Shown: positions 1-13,000 of the stretch, piece after piece | Layout: every line of letters starts with the position of its first letter | How positions within the stretch are numbered: the stretch's first letter is position 1 | Virus record (IMG/VR): IMGVR_UViG_3300009163_002034 | Coordinates: 1-56,346 of that record | Source: a virus | Taxonomy: Duplodnaviria; Caudoviricetes | Reading direction: 5' to 3' (one strand) | Length of the DNA stretch: 56,346 nucleotides | Translations under genes and position numbers: made by a program | Notes under the pieces: model-generated | What the model was told of the DNA's origin: nothing | The model's input: only the letters and a program-made list of their open reading frames with translations | The model's database searches: none

Positions 1-633
1 GGTGCTAATGTAACTGGTGCAGTTGGATTAGCTACCTTTGCAACAACAGCTAATGCAGTAGCTGGTGCAAACGTGTCAGGTGCAGTAGCATTTGCAACAA
101 CAGCTAACAGTGTAGCCGGCGCAAACGTAAGCGGTCAAGTTGGTTTTGCTAACGTTGCAAATAACGTAGCAGGCGCTAATGTAAGTGGTACTGTCTCAAG
201 TGCAACTACCGCAGGTACGGTAACAACTAATGCACAAGCTAATATTACAAGTGTTGGCACATTATCAAGTCTATCAGTATCAGGTAATGCTAACGTTGGT
301 AACTTGGGAGTAAGTGGTGGACTAACATCTACACGATCTCTAGTAACAGTTACAACTAACACAGTAATTGATCAATTTAGCCCAGCAGTATATACAACTG
401 CTAAATATGTTATTAGTGTGACAGGTGATAATGGCGTACAATCAGTTGAAACATTGTTAGCACAAGATGGAACATCTTCTTTCATTACAATCTATGCTGA
501 TGTATGTTCTAACAATACTGCTGATATCATTGAACTGTCTAGTAATATTAACGGTATATCAGGAAACGTAACGTTGTATGCAACTGCTAGTGGTGCAAAC
601 ACAAGAGTGAACATAGTAACTATGTACATTTAA
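1..633 (+). CDS. Tail fibre-like structural protein, C-terminal part (starts upstream of window)
   Basis: Frame open from base 1; GANVSG/FATTANAVA and NITSVGTL repeats shared with the other fibre genes; globular C-terminal domain. Confidence 0.75.
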   Translation, partial: GANVTGAVGLATFATTANAVAGANVSGAVAFATTANSVAGANVSGQVGFANVANNVAGANVSGTVSSATTAGTVTTNAQANITSVGTLSSLSVSGNANVGNLGVSGGLTSTRSLVTVTTNTVIDQFSPAVYTTAKYVISVTGDNGVQSVETLLAQDGTSSFITIYADVCSNNTADIIELSSNINGISGNVTLYATASGANTRVNIVTMYI

Positions 634-649
634 TAAATAAAATTTGTAA

Positions 650-669
650 ATATGGGCTACGGCCCATAT
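650..669 (+). terminator. Intergenic hairpin (terminator or processing site)
   Basis: ATATGGGC-TACG-GCCCATAT perfect 8-bp stem; no strong U-tract. Confidence 0.4.
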
Positions 670-694
670 ATACTTAAACAGGGAATATGGAACT

Positions 695-3600
695 GTGACA
701 GTAAAATACTTTAACGTAAAGACCGGCCTAACAACCGGAAATATACTATTGGATGCAGGTAATAGCAATATTACTGCTAATACGTTCATAGGTAATTTAT
801 CTGTCACAAATATTGCTAATTTGGGTAATGTTGGCAATGTAAAAATATCCGGCGGAACTAACGGATACGTACTTTCTACAGATGGTAGTGGAAATTTAAG
901 TTGGGAAGTCGGTGACACTCTACCGGGAGGCACGAATACACAAGTTCAGTTTAATGATGCCAGTACATTTGGTGGCAATTCAGCCTTTACTTTTAATAAA
1001 ACAACTGGAACTCTTAGTTCAACTATATTTTCAGGTGCCGGTAATGCACTAAGCAATATTCAAGGAGCCAATGTATCCGGTCAAGTTGCATATTCTAATG
1101 TAGCAAACAACGTAGCAGGTGCTAATGTTTTGGGACAAGTAGGTAATGCATTAGTAGCTGGAACGGTATATACAAACGCACAACCTAACATAACAAGTAC
1201 TGGTACATTAACAAGTGTTAGTGTGTCAGGAAATGCTAACATAGGCAATATTGGTACAGGTGGTTTAATAACTGCAACAGGTAACATTAGTGGTGGTAAC
1301 TTAAATACAGGTGGTGTAATATCTGCTACTGGTAATGCTAACGTTGGTAACTTAGGTACAGCCGGTTTAGTCACTGCAACCGGCAATATCATTGGTGGCA
1401 ATTTAACTACGAGTGGCATATTATCTGTTACTGGTACAGGTGTAAGCTCAATCAATGGCAATTTGAACATGAACAGCCAATTTGTTGTTTCAGTTTCAGA
1501 CCCAGTTAACTTACAGGATGTAGCAACAAAGAACTATGTTGATATAAAAGTAACTAGTGGTATATCATATCATCAACCTGTACAGGTAGCAACAACAACT
1601 ACATTAGCAATTGCTACCGGTGGCACGACAGCATACAACTCACCAAATGGCGCTGCTAATGGCATTGGCGCATATATTAGTACAACTGGTACATTCAACT
1701 TAATTGATACTGCAAACGTTCAAACTGTTGATACACGTATCTTAGTTAAAGATGAAGCAAACGCAACATGGAACGGCGTTTACACATATGCAAATACAAC
1801 TGCTATCGTTCGTTCTACTGATACTGACGAATACGGTGCAGATAGTGTAGAAGCATTTAGCATCAATGACTATTTCTATACACAAAATGGCACAGTAAAC
1901 AAAGGTGTTGCTTTTGTTGTAAGTGCCCCGAGTGGAACAATTACATTTGGTACAAGTAATATTACATTCTCAATATTCAGTTCATCACAAGTTTATAGTG
2001 CAGGAACTGGTATTGCGATTACGGGCACAACTATCAGTGCAAATGCCAGTCAAACACAAATTACAGCAGTTGGCACACTAACAACTTTAAGTGTCAGTGG
2101 TAATGCTAATATTGGAAATATTGGTACAGGTGGAATAATTACAGCTACCGGAACTGCAACCGTTGGTAACTTAGCTACAGGTGGAACATTAAGCGCAGGT
2201 GGTAATGCTAACGTAGGTAACTTGGGTGTTACTGGAGTGTTTGCTACTACACTAAGTGCTACGGGTAATGCTAACGCTGGTAACATAGGCGCAACACAAG
2301 GTATATTCACTAATGTAAGTGGTAATGGATCAACATTAAGTTCAATCACAGGTGCTAATGTTACCGGAGCAGTTGCATTTGCAACAACTGCCAATGCAGT
2401 AGCAGGAGCTAACGTGTCAGGAGCAGTTGCATTTGCAACAACTGCCAATGCAGTAGCAGGAGCTAACGTGTCAGGTGCTGTAACTTATGCCGCAACAGCA
2501 AATGCGGTAGCTGGTGCTAATGTCTCCGGAGCAGTTGCATTTGCAACAACAGCAAATAGTGTAGCAGGTGCTAATGTTTCGGGACAAGTAGGTAATGCAT
2601 TAGTAGCTGGAACTGTATATACAAACGCACAACCAAACATCACAAGTACAGGAACATTGGCAAGTTTATCAGTATCAGGTAATGCTACAGTTGGTAATAT
2701 TATTGGCCCACTTGCAAGTGGTAATAGTAATATTTATATTACATCAAATGCCAATATTAGCATGTATGTGAATGGTAATGCTACCGTAAGATTTGTTGTT
2801 ACTGATACCGGCGCTAATATTACAGGTACACTCAGTGCTACAGGTAATGCCAACGTTGGTAATATAGGTGCTACTAACATTGTTGGTACATTATCGACAG
2901 CATCACAAACAAACATTACAAGTACAGGTACATTAGCAAGTTTATCAGTGTCAGGCAACGCTAACGTAGGTAATATTGGCACAGCAGGACAATTTATATC
3001 AAGTGTAATTACTGGTACAGCTCCAATGGTAGTATCATCAACTACTCAAGTTGCTAACTTGAATGCAACAACCGCAGGTACGGTTTACACTAACGCTCAA
3101 CCAAACATTACTAGTACCGGTACATTGGCAAGTTTATCAGTAAGTGGTAATGCCAACGTTGGTAATATAGGTGCTACTAACATTGTTGGAACACTATCAA
3201 CAGCATCACAACCAAACATTACAAGTACCGGCACATTAGCAAGTTTATCAGTAAGTGGTAATGCAACCGTTGGAAATATAATTGGCCCACTTGCAAGTGG
3301 TAATAGTAACATATCTATTACAGCAAACAGTAATATTGCAATGACTGTTGCCGGTACTTCTAACATAATGATTTTAACTGCTACTGGGGCTAACATTACA
3401 GGATCATTGAGTGTGAGTGGTAACGTATCAACCGGTGGTGCAATTTTACCTAGAGTAGTATCTATTACTGATGGTACAAGTGTTACTATAAATGGTGATA
3501 CTACTGATATAGCAACACAAACTAATACTCAAGTTTCAGGTACGCTTACAATTAATGCACCTACCGGAACACCATTCAATGGCCAAAAGTTAATATTTAG

Positions 3601-3772
3601 ATTGCAATCTAGTAACATACAAACGTTCAGTTGGAACGCTGTTTTTGCTGGGTCAACTGATTTAAGTTTACCTACAACAAGTTCAGGTTCGAGTAAATAT
3701 GACTATGTTGGATTCATATATAACACGCCGGCAATTAATTGGCAATTGTTAGCTAAGAATTTTGGATTTTAA
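695..3772 (+). CDS. Tail fibre protein, 1025 aa
   Basis: DVATKNYVD motif, GGTNTQVQFND and GYVLSTDGSGNLSW phage fibre motifs, 18-aa GANVSG repeats. Confidence 0.75.
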   Translation: MTVKYFNVKTGLTTGNILLDAGNSNITANTFIGNLSVTNIANLGNVGNVKISGGTNGYVLSTDGSGNLSWEVGDTLPGGTNTQVQFNDASTFGGNSAFTFNKTTGTLSSTIFSGAGNALSNIQGANVSGQVAYSNVANNVAGANVLGQVGNALVAGTVYTNAQPNITSTGTLTSVSVSGNANIGNIGTGGLITATGNISGGNLNTGGVISATGNANVGNLGTAGLVTATGNIIGGNLTTSGILSVTGTGVSSINGNLNMNSQFVVSVSDPVNLQDVATKNYVDIKVTSGISYHQPVQVATTTTLAIATGGTTAYNSPNGAANGIGAYISTTGTFNLIDTANVQTVDTRILVKDEANATWNGVYTYANTTAIVRSTDTDEYGADSVEAFSINDYFYTQNGTVNKGVAFVVSAPSGTITFGTSNITFSIFSSSQVYSAGTGIAITGTTISANASQTQITAVGTLTTLSVSGNANIGNIGTGGIITATGTATVGNLATGGTLSAGGNANVGNLGVTGVFATTLSATGNANAGNIGATQGIFTNVSGNGSTLSSITGANVTGAVAFATTANAVAGANVSGAVAFATTANAVAGANVSGAVTYAATANAVAGANVSGAVAFATTANSVAGANVSGQVGNALVAGTVYTNAQPNITSTGTLASLSVSGNATVGNIIGPLASGNSNIYITSNANISMYVNGNATVRFVVTDTGANITGTLSATGNANVGNIGATNIVGTLSTASQTNITSTGTLASLSVSGNANVGNIGTAGQFISSVITGTAPMVVSSTTQVANLNATTAGTVYTNAQPNITSTGTLASLSVSGNANVGNIGATNIVGTLSTASQPNITSTGTLASLSVSGNATVGNIIGPLASGNSNISITANSNIAMTVAGTSNIMILTATGANITGSLSVSGNVSTGGAILPRVVSITDGTSVTINGDTTDIATQTNTQVSGTLTINAPTGTPFNGQKLIFRLQSSNIQTFSWNAVFAGSTDLSLPTTSSGSSKYDYVGFIYNTPAINWQLLAKNFGF

Positions 3773-3791
3773 TAGTTAAGGAAAATAGAAC

Positions 3792-3992
3792 ATGGAAGAT
3801 ATTATCAATCAGATTGACGGACGAGTACAAATTATTTTTGAAAAGACCAGTGAATACAACCAAACATATCGTGATGCATTGTGGATGACACAAGAAGAAT
3901 ATGATGCGACATCAAGTGAAACTATTGAGTCAATGAAGCAAGAGAGATTTGATAATTGGTTAGCAATTGTCAATGCACTGCCAACAGAATAA
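3792..3992 (+). CDS. Small acidic protein, possible fibre assembly factor
   Basis: 66-aa ORF with AAGGA RBS between two fibre genes. Confidence 0.55.
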   Translation: MEDIINQIDGRVQIIFEKTSEYNQTYRDALWMTQEEYDATSSETIESMKQERFDNWLAIVNALPTE

Positions 3993-4007
3993 CAGTAGTA
4001 ATAACAT

Positions 4008-7000
4008 ATGGCAAATAGATATTGGGTAGGCGGTACCGGTACTTGGACTACTACTACCACTAACTGGTCGGCAAGTTCAGGTGGTGCTTCGGGCGCATCT
4101 GCACCTACCGCAGCGGACTCTGTATTTTTTGACCAGGCAGCAACTTATACTGTCACTATGACGGGTGCCTTAACCTGCTTAGACATTACAGTATCGGCAG
4201 GTACAGTAACCTTCACTAGCACAGGTACGTTAGCAGTCAGTGGTTCGATGTCGTTATTAGCCGGAACATTGTGGAGTGCAACCGGTACTATAACCTTTAA
4301 CGCAACCACCAGTAAAACAATTACGACCAATGCAGTAACGATAAACAGCCCCATAACCTTTGCTGGTGTAGGTGGCACATGGACGTTGGGTAGTAACCTC
4401 ACCTTAGGTCTTACACTTACTACAACATTAACTAACGGTACAATATCATTATCTACTTTTACCTTAGCTACAGGCATATTTAGTTCAGCCGGCACTGCTG
4501 CCCGCTCAATTAGTTTTGGTACAGGTAATATTGACTTAACACATACTACTGCTGGAACTATTGTATTAGCAATGGCAACTGCTACTTTATTTACAGTATC
4601 AGGCACTGGTGGATTTACTAGTGCAATGTCAGTGACAAGAACATTTCAATTCGGGAGTACTGCTGGCGGATCAGCAACCAACAGTCCAAACCTATCTCTT
4701 ACAAGCGGTGCATCCATACCCACTTTATCAGCAGCTAGTTGGTTTAACACATTAAATTTCAATGGTTCAACGTGTACACCGGCATCAACCACATTAAACT
4801 TAAATGGATTAACACTGGCTTTGGGTGGTACTTATACTAATTTAACACCTACAATGGTTGGTACTGGTACTATTACAAGTAATGGCAATACTACTTTAAC
4901 TAATTTAACAATCAATAGTACATCAGGTACTACTACATTAGGTGCTGACTTTGCATTAACTGCAACAAGTACAACAACGTTAACCAGTGGTACATTAGCA
5001 TTGGGTACTTTTACATTAAGTACTGGTATATTCAGTTCAAATAACTCAACTACTAGATCAATTAGTTTTGGTACAGGCACAATTAATTTAACACATACTA
5101 CAGCAACAACCACAGTATTGAACATGCCAACTGTTACTGGATTTACTTATACAGGTACAGGTGGATTCACCACAGCGGCGACAGTTGCTAGAGCAGTTTT
5201 TTTCGGTAACACAGCCGGTGGCACATCAGCTAATGCGCCAAACATGACAGTAACAGGTACTGGTACATCAGTAATATCCTTTGCAACAGGTAGTTGGTTT
5301 AACACATTGAGTTTTACTAGTACTGTGTTTAACCCAGGTACAACCGCATTAAACTTAAATGGATTGACACTATCACCTAGTGGTACATTTACTAGCTTAA
5401 CACCTACAATGGTTGGTACTGGTACTATTACATCTAGTGGTAATACCACACTTGCATCATTAACTATTGCTAGCACATCAGGTACTACTACATTAGGTGA
5501 TACATTTACGTTAACTGCAACAAGTACAACTACATTAACCAGTGGCACATTAGCACTAGCTAATTTTACATTAAGTACCGGTATATTCAGTTCAGCCGGC
5601 CTACTCACTAGAGCAATATCATTTGGTACTGGTAATATTGCACTAACTCATACTACAGCCGGAACTACAGTATTGTCAATGGCAACTGTTACAGGATTTA
5701 CTTATACAGCTACCACTGGTGGATTTACCAGTGCAATGTCAGTAGCAAGAACATTTACTTTTGGTACTACAGCTGGTTCAACTACTAATGCACCAAACTT
5801 GTCACTTCCGAGCGGTGCATCTATACCCACTTTAACAACTGGTAGTTGGTTTAACACATTAAATTTTAACGGATCAACATGTACACCGGCAGTAACTGCA
5901 TTAAACTTAAATGGATTAACACTGGCTTCGGGTGGTAATTATGCTAGCTTAACACCTACAATGGTTGGTACTGGTACTATTACATCAAACACCAATACCA
6001 CACTTGCATCATTAAATATTGCTAGCACATCAGGCACTACTACATTAGGTGATACATTTACGTTAACTGCAACAAGTACAACTACACTAACTAGTGGAAC
6101 ATTAGCGTTAGGTACTTTTACATTAAGTACAGGTATATTCAGTTCATCTAGCGCAGTCACTAGAGCAATATCATTTGGTACGGGTAATATTGCATTAACA
6201 CATACTACGGCCGCAACAGTAGTATTGAATATGGCAACAGTTACTGGATTTACATATACAGGTACTGGTGGATTTACCAGTGCAATGGGAAATACAAGAA
6301 CATTTACATTTGGTACTACGGGTGGTTCTACAACTAACAGTGTAAACTTAACATTGAGTGGTGCATCAGTTGCAACACTTACAACAGCTAGTTATTTTAA
6401 CAAACTGGATTTTACTACTAGTACATTTAACCCAGGCACAACTACATTAAACTTAAATGGATTGACATTGAGTAATGGTGTTGGTGCAGTATATACTACT
6501 ATGACAGTTAACATGGTTGGTACTGGTACTATTACACCTAATACCAATACTACATTGGGTCCGTTGATTATTAATAATGGTGCCGGCACTACTACATTGG
6601 CGGCTGCACTAAGTTGTACCACATTCACTATGACTGCGGGTACTATTAATTTTGCTACATTTAATTTAACCTGTTCCAGTACAGCCGCATATACCTCTGG
6701 TACCCTGAGCAATATTGGTACTATTACCTGTACAACTTTTACAGTTAACGGAACATTTACATTATCTAGTGGTACTATTACACCAAGTGTTAGTTTTGTA
6801 TTGACCAGTGGTGCCTTCAATTATAACGGTGGTACTTTAAGTGCAGTACCTACATTTACGCATACAGCAGGTACAGTTACTCTTGGTCAAGCATATGCGC
6901 TTACTGCAACCGGTACATATACATTAACTGCTGGAACATTAAATTTAAACGGATATGATTTAACTACTGGTATATTCAGTTCAACTGGTACAGGTGTTCG

Positions 7001-10000
7001 TTCAATAACATTTGGTACTAATACTATTATATTAAATCATTCTACAGCCGCACAAACTGTATTATCCATGGCAATTGTTACTAACTTTACATATACAGGT
7101 ACAGGTGGGTTCGTTACAGATACAACATCAGTAACAAGAACGGTAACCTTTGGCACTACAGGTGGCTCTGCAACCAATGCACCACTCTTAACGTTAACTG
7201 GTAGTGGTACAAATGTAATAACATTTACAACAGGTAGTTGGTTTAAAAATCTTAGTTTTGGTACTACGGCATTTAACCCGGGTACAACTGCATTATCAAT
7301 TGTTGGAGATCTAACACTATCAAGTGGTGGTACATTTACTGGTTTGACAGCTACAATGGTTACTACTGGTACTATTACAAATAATACTAAAACTATAGCT
7401 GCATTAACAATCAACAGCACCTCAGGCACTACTACCTTATCTGCTGCACTAACAGTATCAGGTACTACTACATTAACTAGTGGCACTCTTAATCTAGCCA
7501 ATTTTACAATAACAACCGCTATATTCAGTTCAAGTAACACAAACACCCGGTCAATTACTTTTGGTACAGGTACTATTATATTATCTAATAATACAGCAAC
7601 TACTATATTGTCTATGGCAATTGCTACTAACTTTACATGTGATAATACCAGCGCCGGAGGTTTTGTAGTAGCATCTCTAAATAGCGGGCTTTTAGAAACT
7701 GTAGTATTTGGTACTACGGGCGGATCAACCACTAATGCACCAAATTTAACTGTTGGCAACAGTAATACCACCTTATTTTTAAATATTACTGATAGCTCTT
7801 GGTTTAACACATTAACCTCAACATATACTAATGCATATATAAATTACTCCACAGGAGCTACGACTCAAGTACTTGGAACATATGTAAGTACATTGGCATT
7901 GTCTAATCAGCGTGATAATTATACAGGATTTCTTCCAAACTTTACCAGAACACAAACATATACTACTACCACATCCCAAGTGTTGGCCGGCATTGGTTTT
8001 AACTGTCCGGGTGGAACATTAACTATAGTAGATCCTGTTAGAAATTTTAATGCATTTACAATTAATACCTATGCTGGCACCGTAGTCACTACTTTGGCGC
8101 TAGTGGCAGGTACTATAGATGTAAGTGATGCGGCTAATGCATATGATGGGATTAGTGACTCGATGGGGTTTGGACGAATAGTTTCGTCTAACCAAAATAC
8201 CCGTTCGATGGCATTTGGTTCTAATATTATGCAGCTGGCAAATGCATCATCACCGTATGTTTATGCTACTTCAATATCAATGGCAGATACTACTAATTTT
8301 ACCAGTACTGGAACTGGGGGATTTTGGTTATATCCTTATACCGGTACTGCTATTACTATTGGTACTACAGCTGGTGGATCTGTTACTAGTACTTTCAACC
8401 TATACGTAGGGAACTTTGGTGCACCAGGCGCACTGACCATTACAACTGGTAGTTGGTTTAAAACTTTAAGTTTTATAGCACCATATGGTTTTTCATCGTT
8501 TAGTGGTACTATTACTTCCACTTCTATAAACTGTAGTTCTTTGGCACTTTCCACTTATGTCAGTTTCAGTAATTTAAGTGCAACCATGAGAGATACTGGT
8601 ACTATTACATCTACTAGTCCTGGTACTACTACTATGGGTAACCTAACAATTAATAATGGTGCAGGTACTACTACATTAGCGACAGCACTATCATGTACCA
8701 CTTTTACACAAACAGACGGTACTATTGATTTTGCTACATTTAACTTAACTTGTTCAAGTACAGCAACATATACAACAGGTACATTATCAAATATAGGTAC
8801 TATCAGTTGTACAACATGGACTATTTCTGCGGCCAGTACATTTACATTAACTCAGGGTACTATTACACCAAGTGTTAGTTTTGTATTGACCAGTGGTGCC
8901 TTCAATTATAACGGCGGCACATTGAGTGCTGTACCCACCTTTACGCATACAGCAGGTACAGTAACATTGGGGCAAGCACTATCATTGGCTGCAACAGGTA
9001 CATATACATTAACTGCCGGAACATTAAACTTAAATGGATTTGATTTAACTACAGGTATATTCAGTTCGAGTAACACAAATACTCGTTCAATTACATTCGG
9101 TACAAATAATATTGTATTAGCGCACACCACGGCAGCAACAGTTGTATTGAGTATGGCAATTGCTACTGGATTTACATATACAGGTACGGGTGGTTTTACT
9201 AGTGATATGTCAGTAACAAGAACATTTACTTTTGGTACTACAAGTGGTTCAACAACTAATGCACCCAATTTGTCACTTATATCTGGTGCATCGACTTCAA
9301 CATTTACTGATGGGTCATGGTTTAAAGCACTAGACTTTACTGGAAGTACTTGTACTGTTGCAGTTACTGCTAGTCTACTTGGCATTAACGTAGACACATT
9401 AACGTTAGCAACGGGTGGTACTTACACAAGTTTAATACCAGTTTTTACTAGATCACAAACTTGGACCCCGCAATATAGCAAACAATTAGGTGGTATTGGA
9501 TTTAATGTAGTTGGAGGCACATTCACATTAGGTGGCGCACAAACTTACACAGCAACTTCGGTGACTATTTTAACTGCAGGTACAATGGATTTAGGGGGAT
9601 TTGATTTTACGACTGGTTCATTCCTTTCATCTAACACAAACACCAGATCAATTAATTTTGGTACAAACAACATTATATTAGCAACTACAACTGCCGCAAC
9701 TACAGTATTGAGTATGGCAGTAGTTACTGGATTTACTTATACAGGTACTGGTGGATTTCAAACAGATGCAACATCAGTAACAAGAACGGTTACATTTGGT
9801 ACTACGGGCGGCTCATCAACTAATGCACCAAGCTTGTCAATAACTGGTAGTGGTACAAATGTAATAACACTTACTACCGGTAGTTGGTTTAACACATTGA
9901 GTTTTGGAACTACTGCATTTACAGTTCCAGCTACGTCATTAAGCGTAAATAGTTTAACACTATCCAGTGGTGGTACATTTACCGGATTAACAGCTACAAT

Positions 10001-13000
10001 GGTTGGTACTGGTACTATTACAAGTAATAATAAACCAATTGCGGCATTAACAATCAATCATTCAGGCACTACTACATTAGCAGATGCATTATCTACTGGT
10101 ATAACTGCTACTACTACACTAACCATAGGAACATTAAACTTAAATGGATTTGATTTAACAACTGGTATATTCAGTTCATCTAACACATCTACTCGTTCAA
10201 TTATTTTTGGTAGTAATAATATTATACTATCAACTACTACGGCTGCACAAATTGTGTTAGCAATGGCCACTGCTACTGGATTTACATGGGACAATACAAG
10301 CATTGGCGGGTTTACTAGTACAATGTCAACTACAAGAACATTTCAATTTGGTCAAACTGCCGGCGGCTCTGCAACCAATGCCCCTAACTTAACATTAATC
10401 AGTGGTTCGTCAATTGCTACGCTTACAACAGGTAGTTGGTTTGATAATCTTAGTTTTGGTGGTTCTGGTGGTACTGAGTTTACTTTAGGTACAACTGCAT
10501 TGTCAATTAATGGAAGTTTAACACTATCAAATGCAGCACTTGCTATATTTACTGGTTTAACACCAACAATGGTTGGTACTGGTACTATTACTAGTTACGG
10601 TAAAACTATAGCCGCATTAACAATTAATAGCACCTCAGGTACTACTACATTAGGTGGTGCATTGTCATTTGCACTTGCTACAGCAACAACTACACTAACA
10701 TCAGGTACATTAAACTTGGGTGGATTTGATTTAACAACCGGTATATTCAGTTCAACTAATACGAATACTCGTTCAATAGTTTTTGGTACTAATAATATTA
10801 TATTAGCACATACAACTGCGGCAACAACAGTATTGTCAATGGCAACTGCTACTGGATTTACGTGGGACAATACAAGCACCGGAGGATTTACTGCGGCAGC
10901 AGATATCACTAGGACATTTACATTTGGTACTACTGGCGGATCAACCACCAATGCACCAAATTTATCAATAACTGGTAGTGGCACAGCAATAGCAACAATC
11001 ACAACAGCTAGTTGGTTTAACAATCTTAATTTTAATAGTACTGCATTTACTGTTCCAGCAACCGCATTATCAATTGCCGGCGGTCTAACATTATCAAGTG
11101 CAGCCCTTGCTGTATATACTGGTTTGTCAATTACTATGGTTGATACTGGTACTTTTACTACTAATGGTAAAACCATAGCGGCATTCACTGTTAATAATGG
11201 CGCAGGCACCACTACAATGTTAGGTGCAATAGGTTGTACAACATTTACTATGACCGCCGGCACTATTGATTTTGCTTTCTATGCAATAACTTGTTCAGGT
11301 GCATTTACATATACATCCGGTACTATATTAAACTTCCCAGGAAGTTTAAGCACTACTACATTAACAATTAACGGAACACTGACCATGACCGCTGGTATGA
11401 CTATTACTGCAACAGTCAGTGTAGTATTGCAATCAGGTGCATTTAACTATAACGGCGGAACATTAACTACTCCTGTTTTCACTCAAACAACAGGTGCAGT
11501 AACATTGGGTCAACCATTAACAATTACTGGTGCATACACACTAACAGCCGGTACATTAGACTTAGGTAATAATAACTTAACAGTTGGTACATTTGTCTCA
11601 TCTACTGCTAATACTCGTTCAATATCATTTGGTACAGCAAGTATTACATTAAACACCAGTGTAGCAGCTTCTACTGTATTAAGTATGGCAACTGTTACTG
11701 GATTTACTTATACAGGTACTGGTAATTTTATTAGTGATGCAGCGGTAACAAGAACATTTACATTTGGTACTACCGGTGGTTCTATAACTAATAGTCCTAA
11801 TTTAGCAATAAATGGTAGTGGTACAGCAATAGCAACAATTACAACAGGTAGTTGGTTTAACACATTGAGTTTTGATACTACTGCATTTGTATTACCGGCT
11901 ACATCATTGAATCTAGAATCATTAACATTATCCCCCGGTGGTACATTCACTGGATTGACAATTACTATGCTAGATACTGGTACAATTACTGGAAATAGTC
12001 GTACAATTGTTTCTATGACTATCAATCATTCAGGTACTACTACTATTGCTGGTACACTTTTAACTTGCACCGGCAGTATTACCCTTACAGCGGGCACTTT
12101 AACTTTAACCGCTAATCTTAATTTACTAACAACCAATGGGCAATTTGTCTCAACTAACACTAATACTCGTTCAATTAATTTTGGAGCATTTAACATTGAC
12201 CTTCAATGTACTACATCCGCAACTGTAGTATTGAATATGGCAGACGCCACTGGATTTACATATTCAGGCACCGGTGGTTTCACAAGCCCTTCTACTAGTA
12301 CTAGAACATTTACCTTTGGTACTACTTCGGGTTCAATTACCAATAGCCCTAATTTAACATTAACTGGTGTTGGTACATCAGTGTCAACATTTACAACTGG
12401 TAGTTGGTTTAACACATTAAGTTTTGGTAGTACTGTGTTTACCTTAGCCGCAACAAGTTTAAACTTAAATGGATTGACATTAAGTACTGGTGCCGGTGTA
12501 TATACCAACTTGACAGCCAATATGCGTGGAACTGGTACTATTACTCCGAACACCAATACTACATTAGGTCCGTTAGTTATTAATAATGGTGCCGGCACTA
12601 CCACATTAGCGGCAGCATTAAGTTGTACCACCTTCACTATGACGGCCGGCGCAATTGATTTTGCTACGTTCAACTTAACATGTTCAGGTACAGCAACATA
12701 TACATCAGGTACATTAAGTAATATTGGTACTATAAGTTGTACAACATTTACTGTTAATATTGGAACATTTACATTAACTCAAGGTACTATCACACCAAGT
12801 GTTAGTTTTGTAGTATCTGGTAGTGGTACATTTAACTACAATGGTGGTACATTAAGTGCAGTACCTACATTTACCCAAAGCCAAGGTAATGTGACCCTTG
12901 GCAAAGCATACGCTCTTACTGCGACAGGTACATATTCATTTAGTGGTGCTGGTACACTAGATTTAGCTGGATTTACCTTAACCACTGGTATATTCAGTTG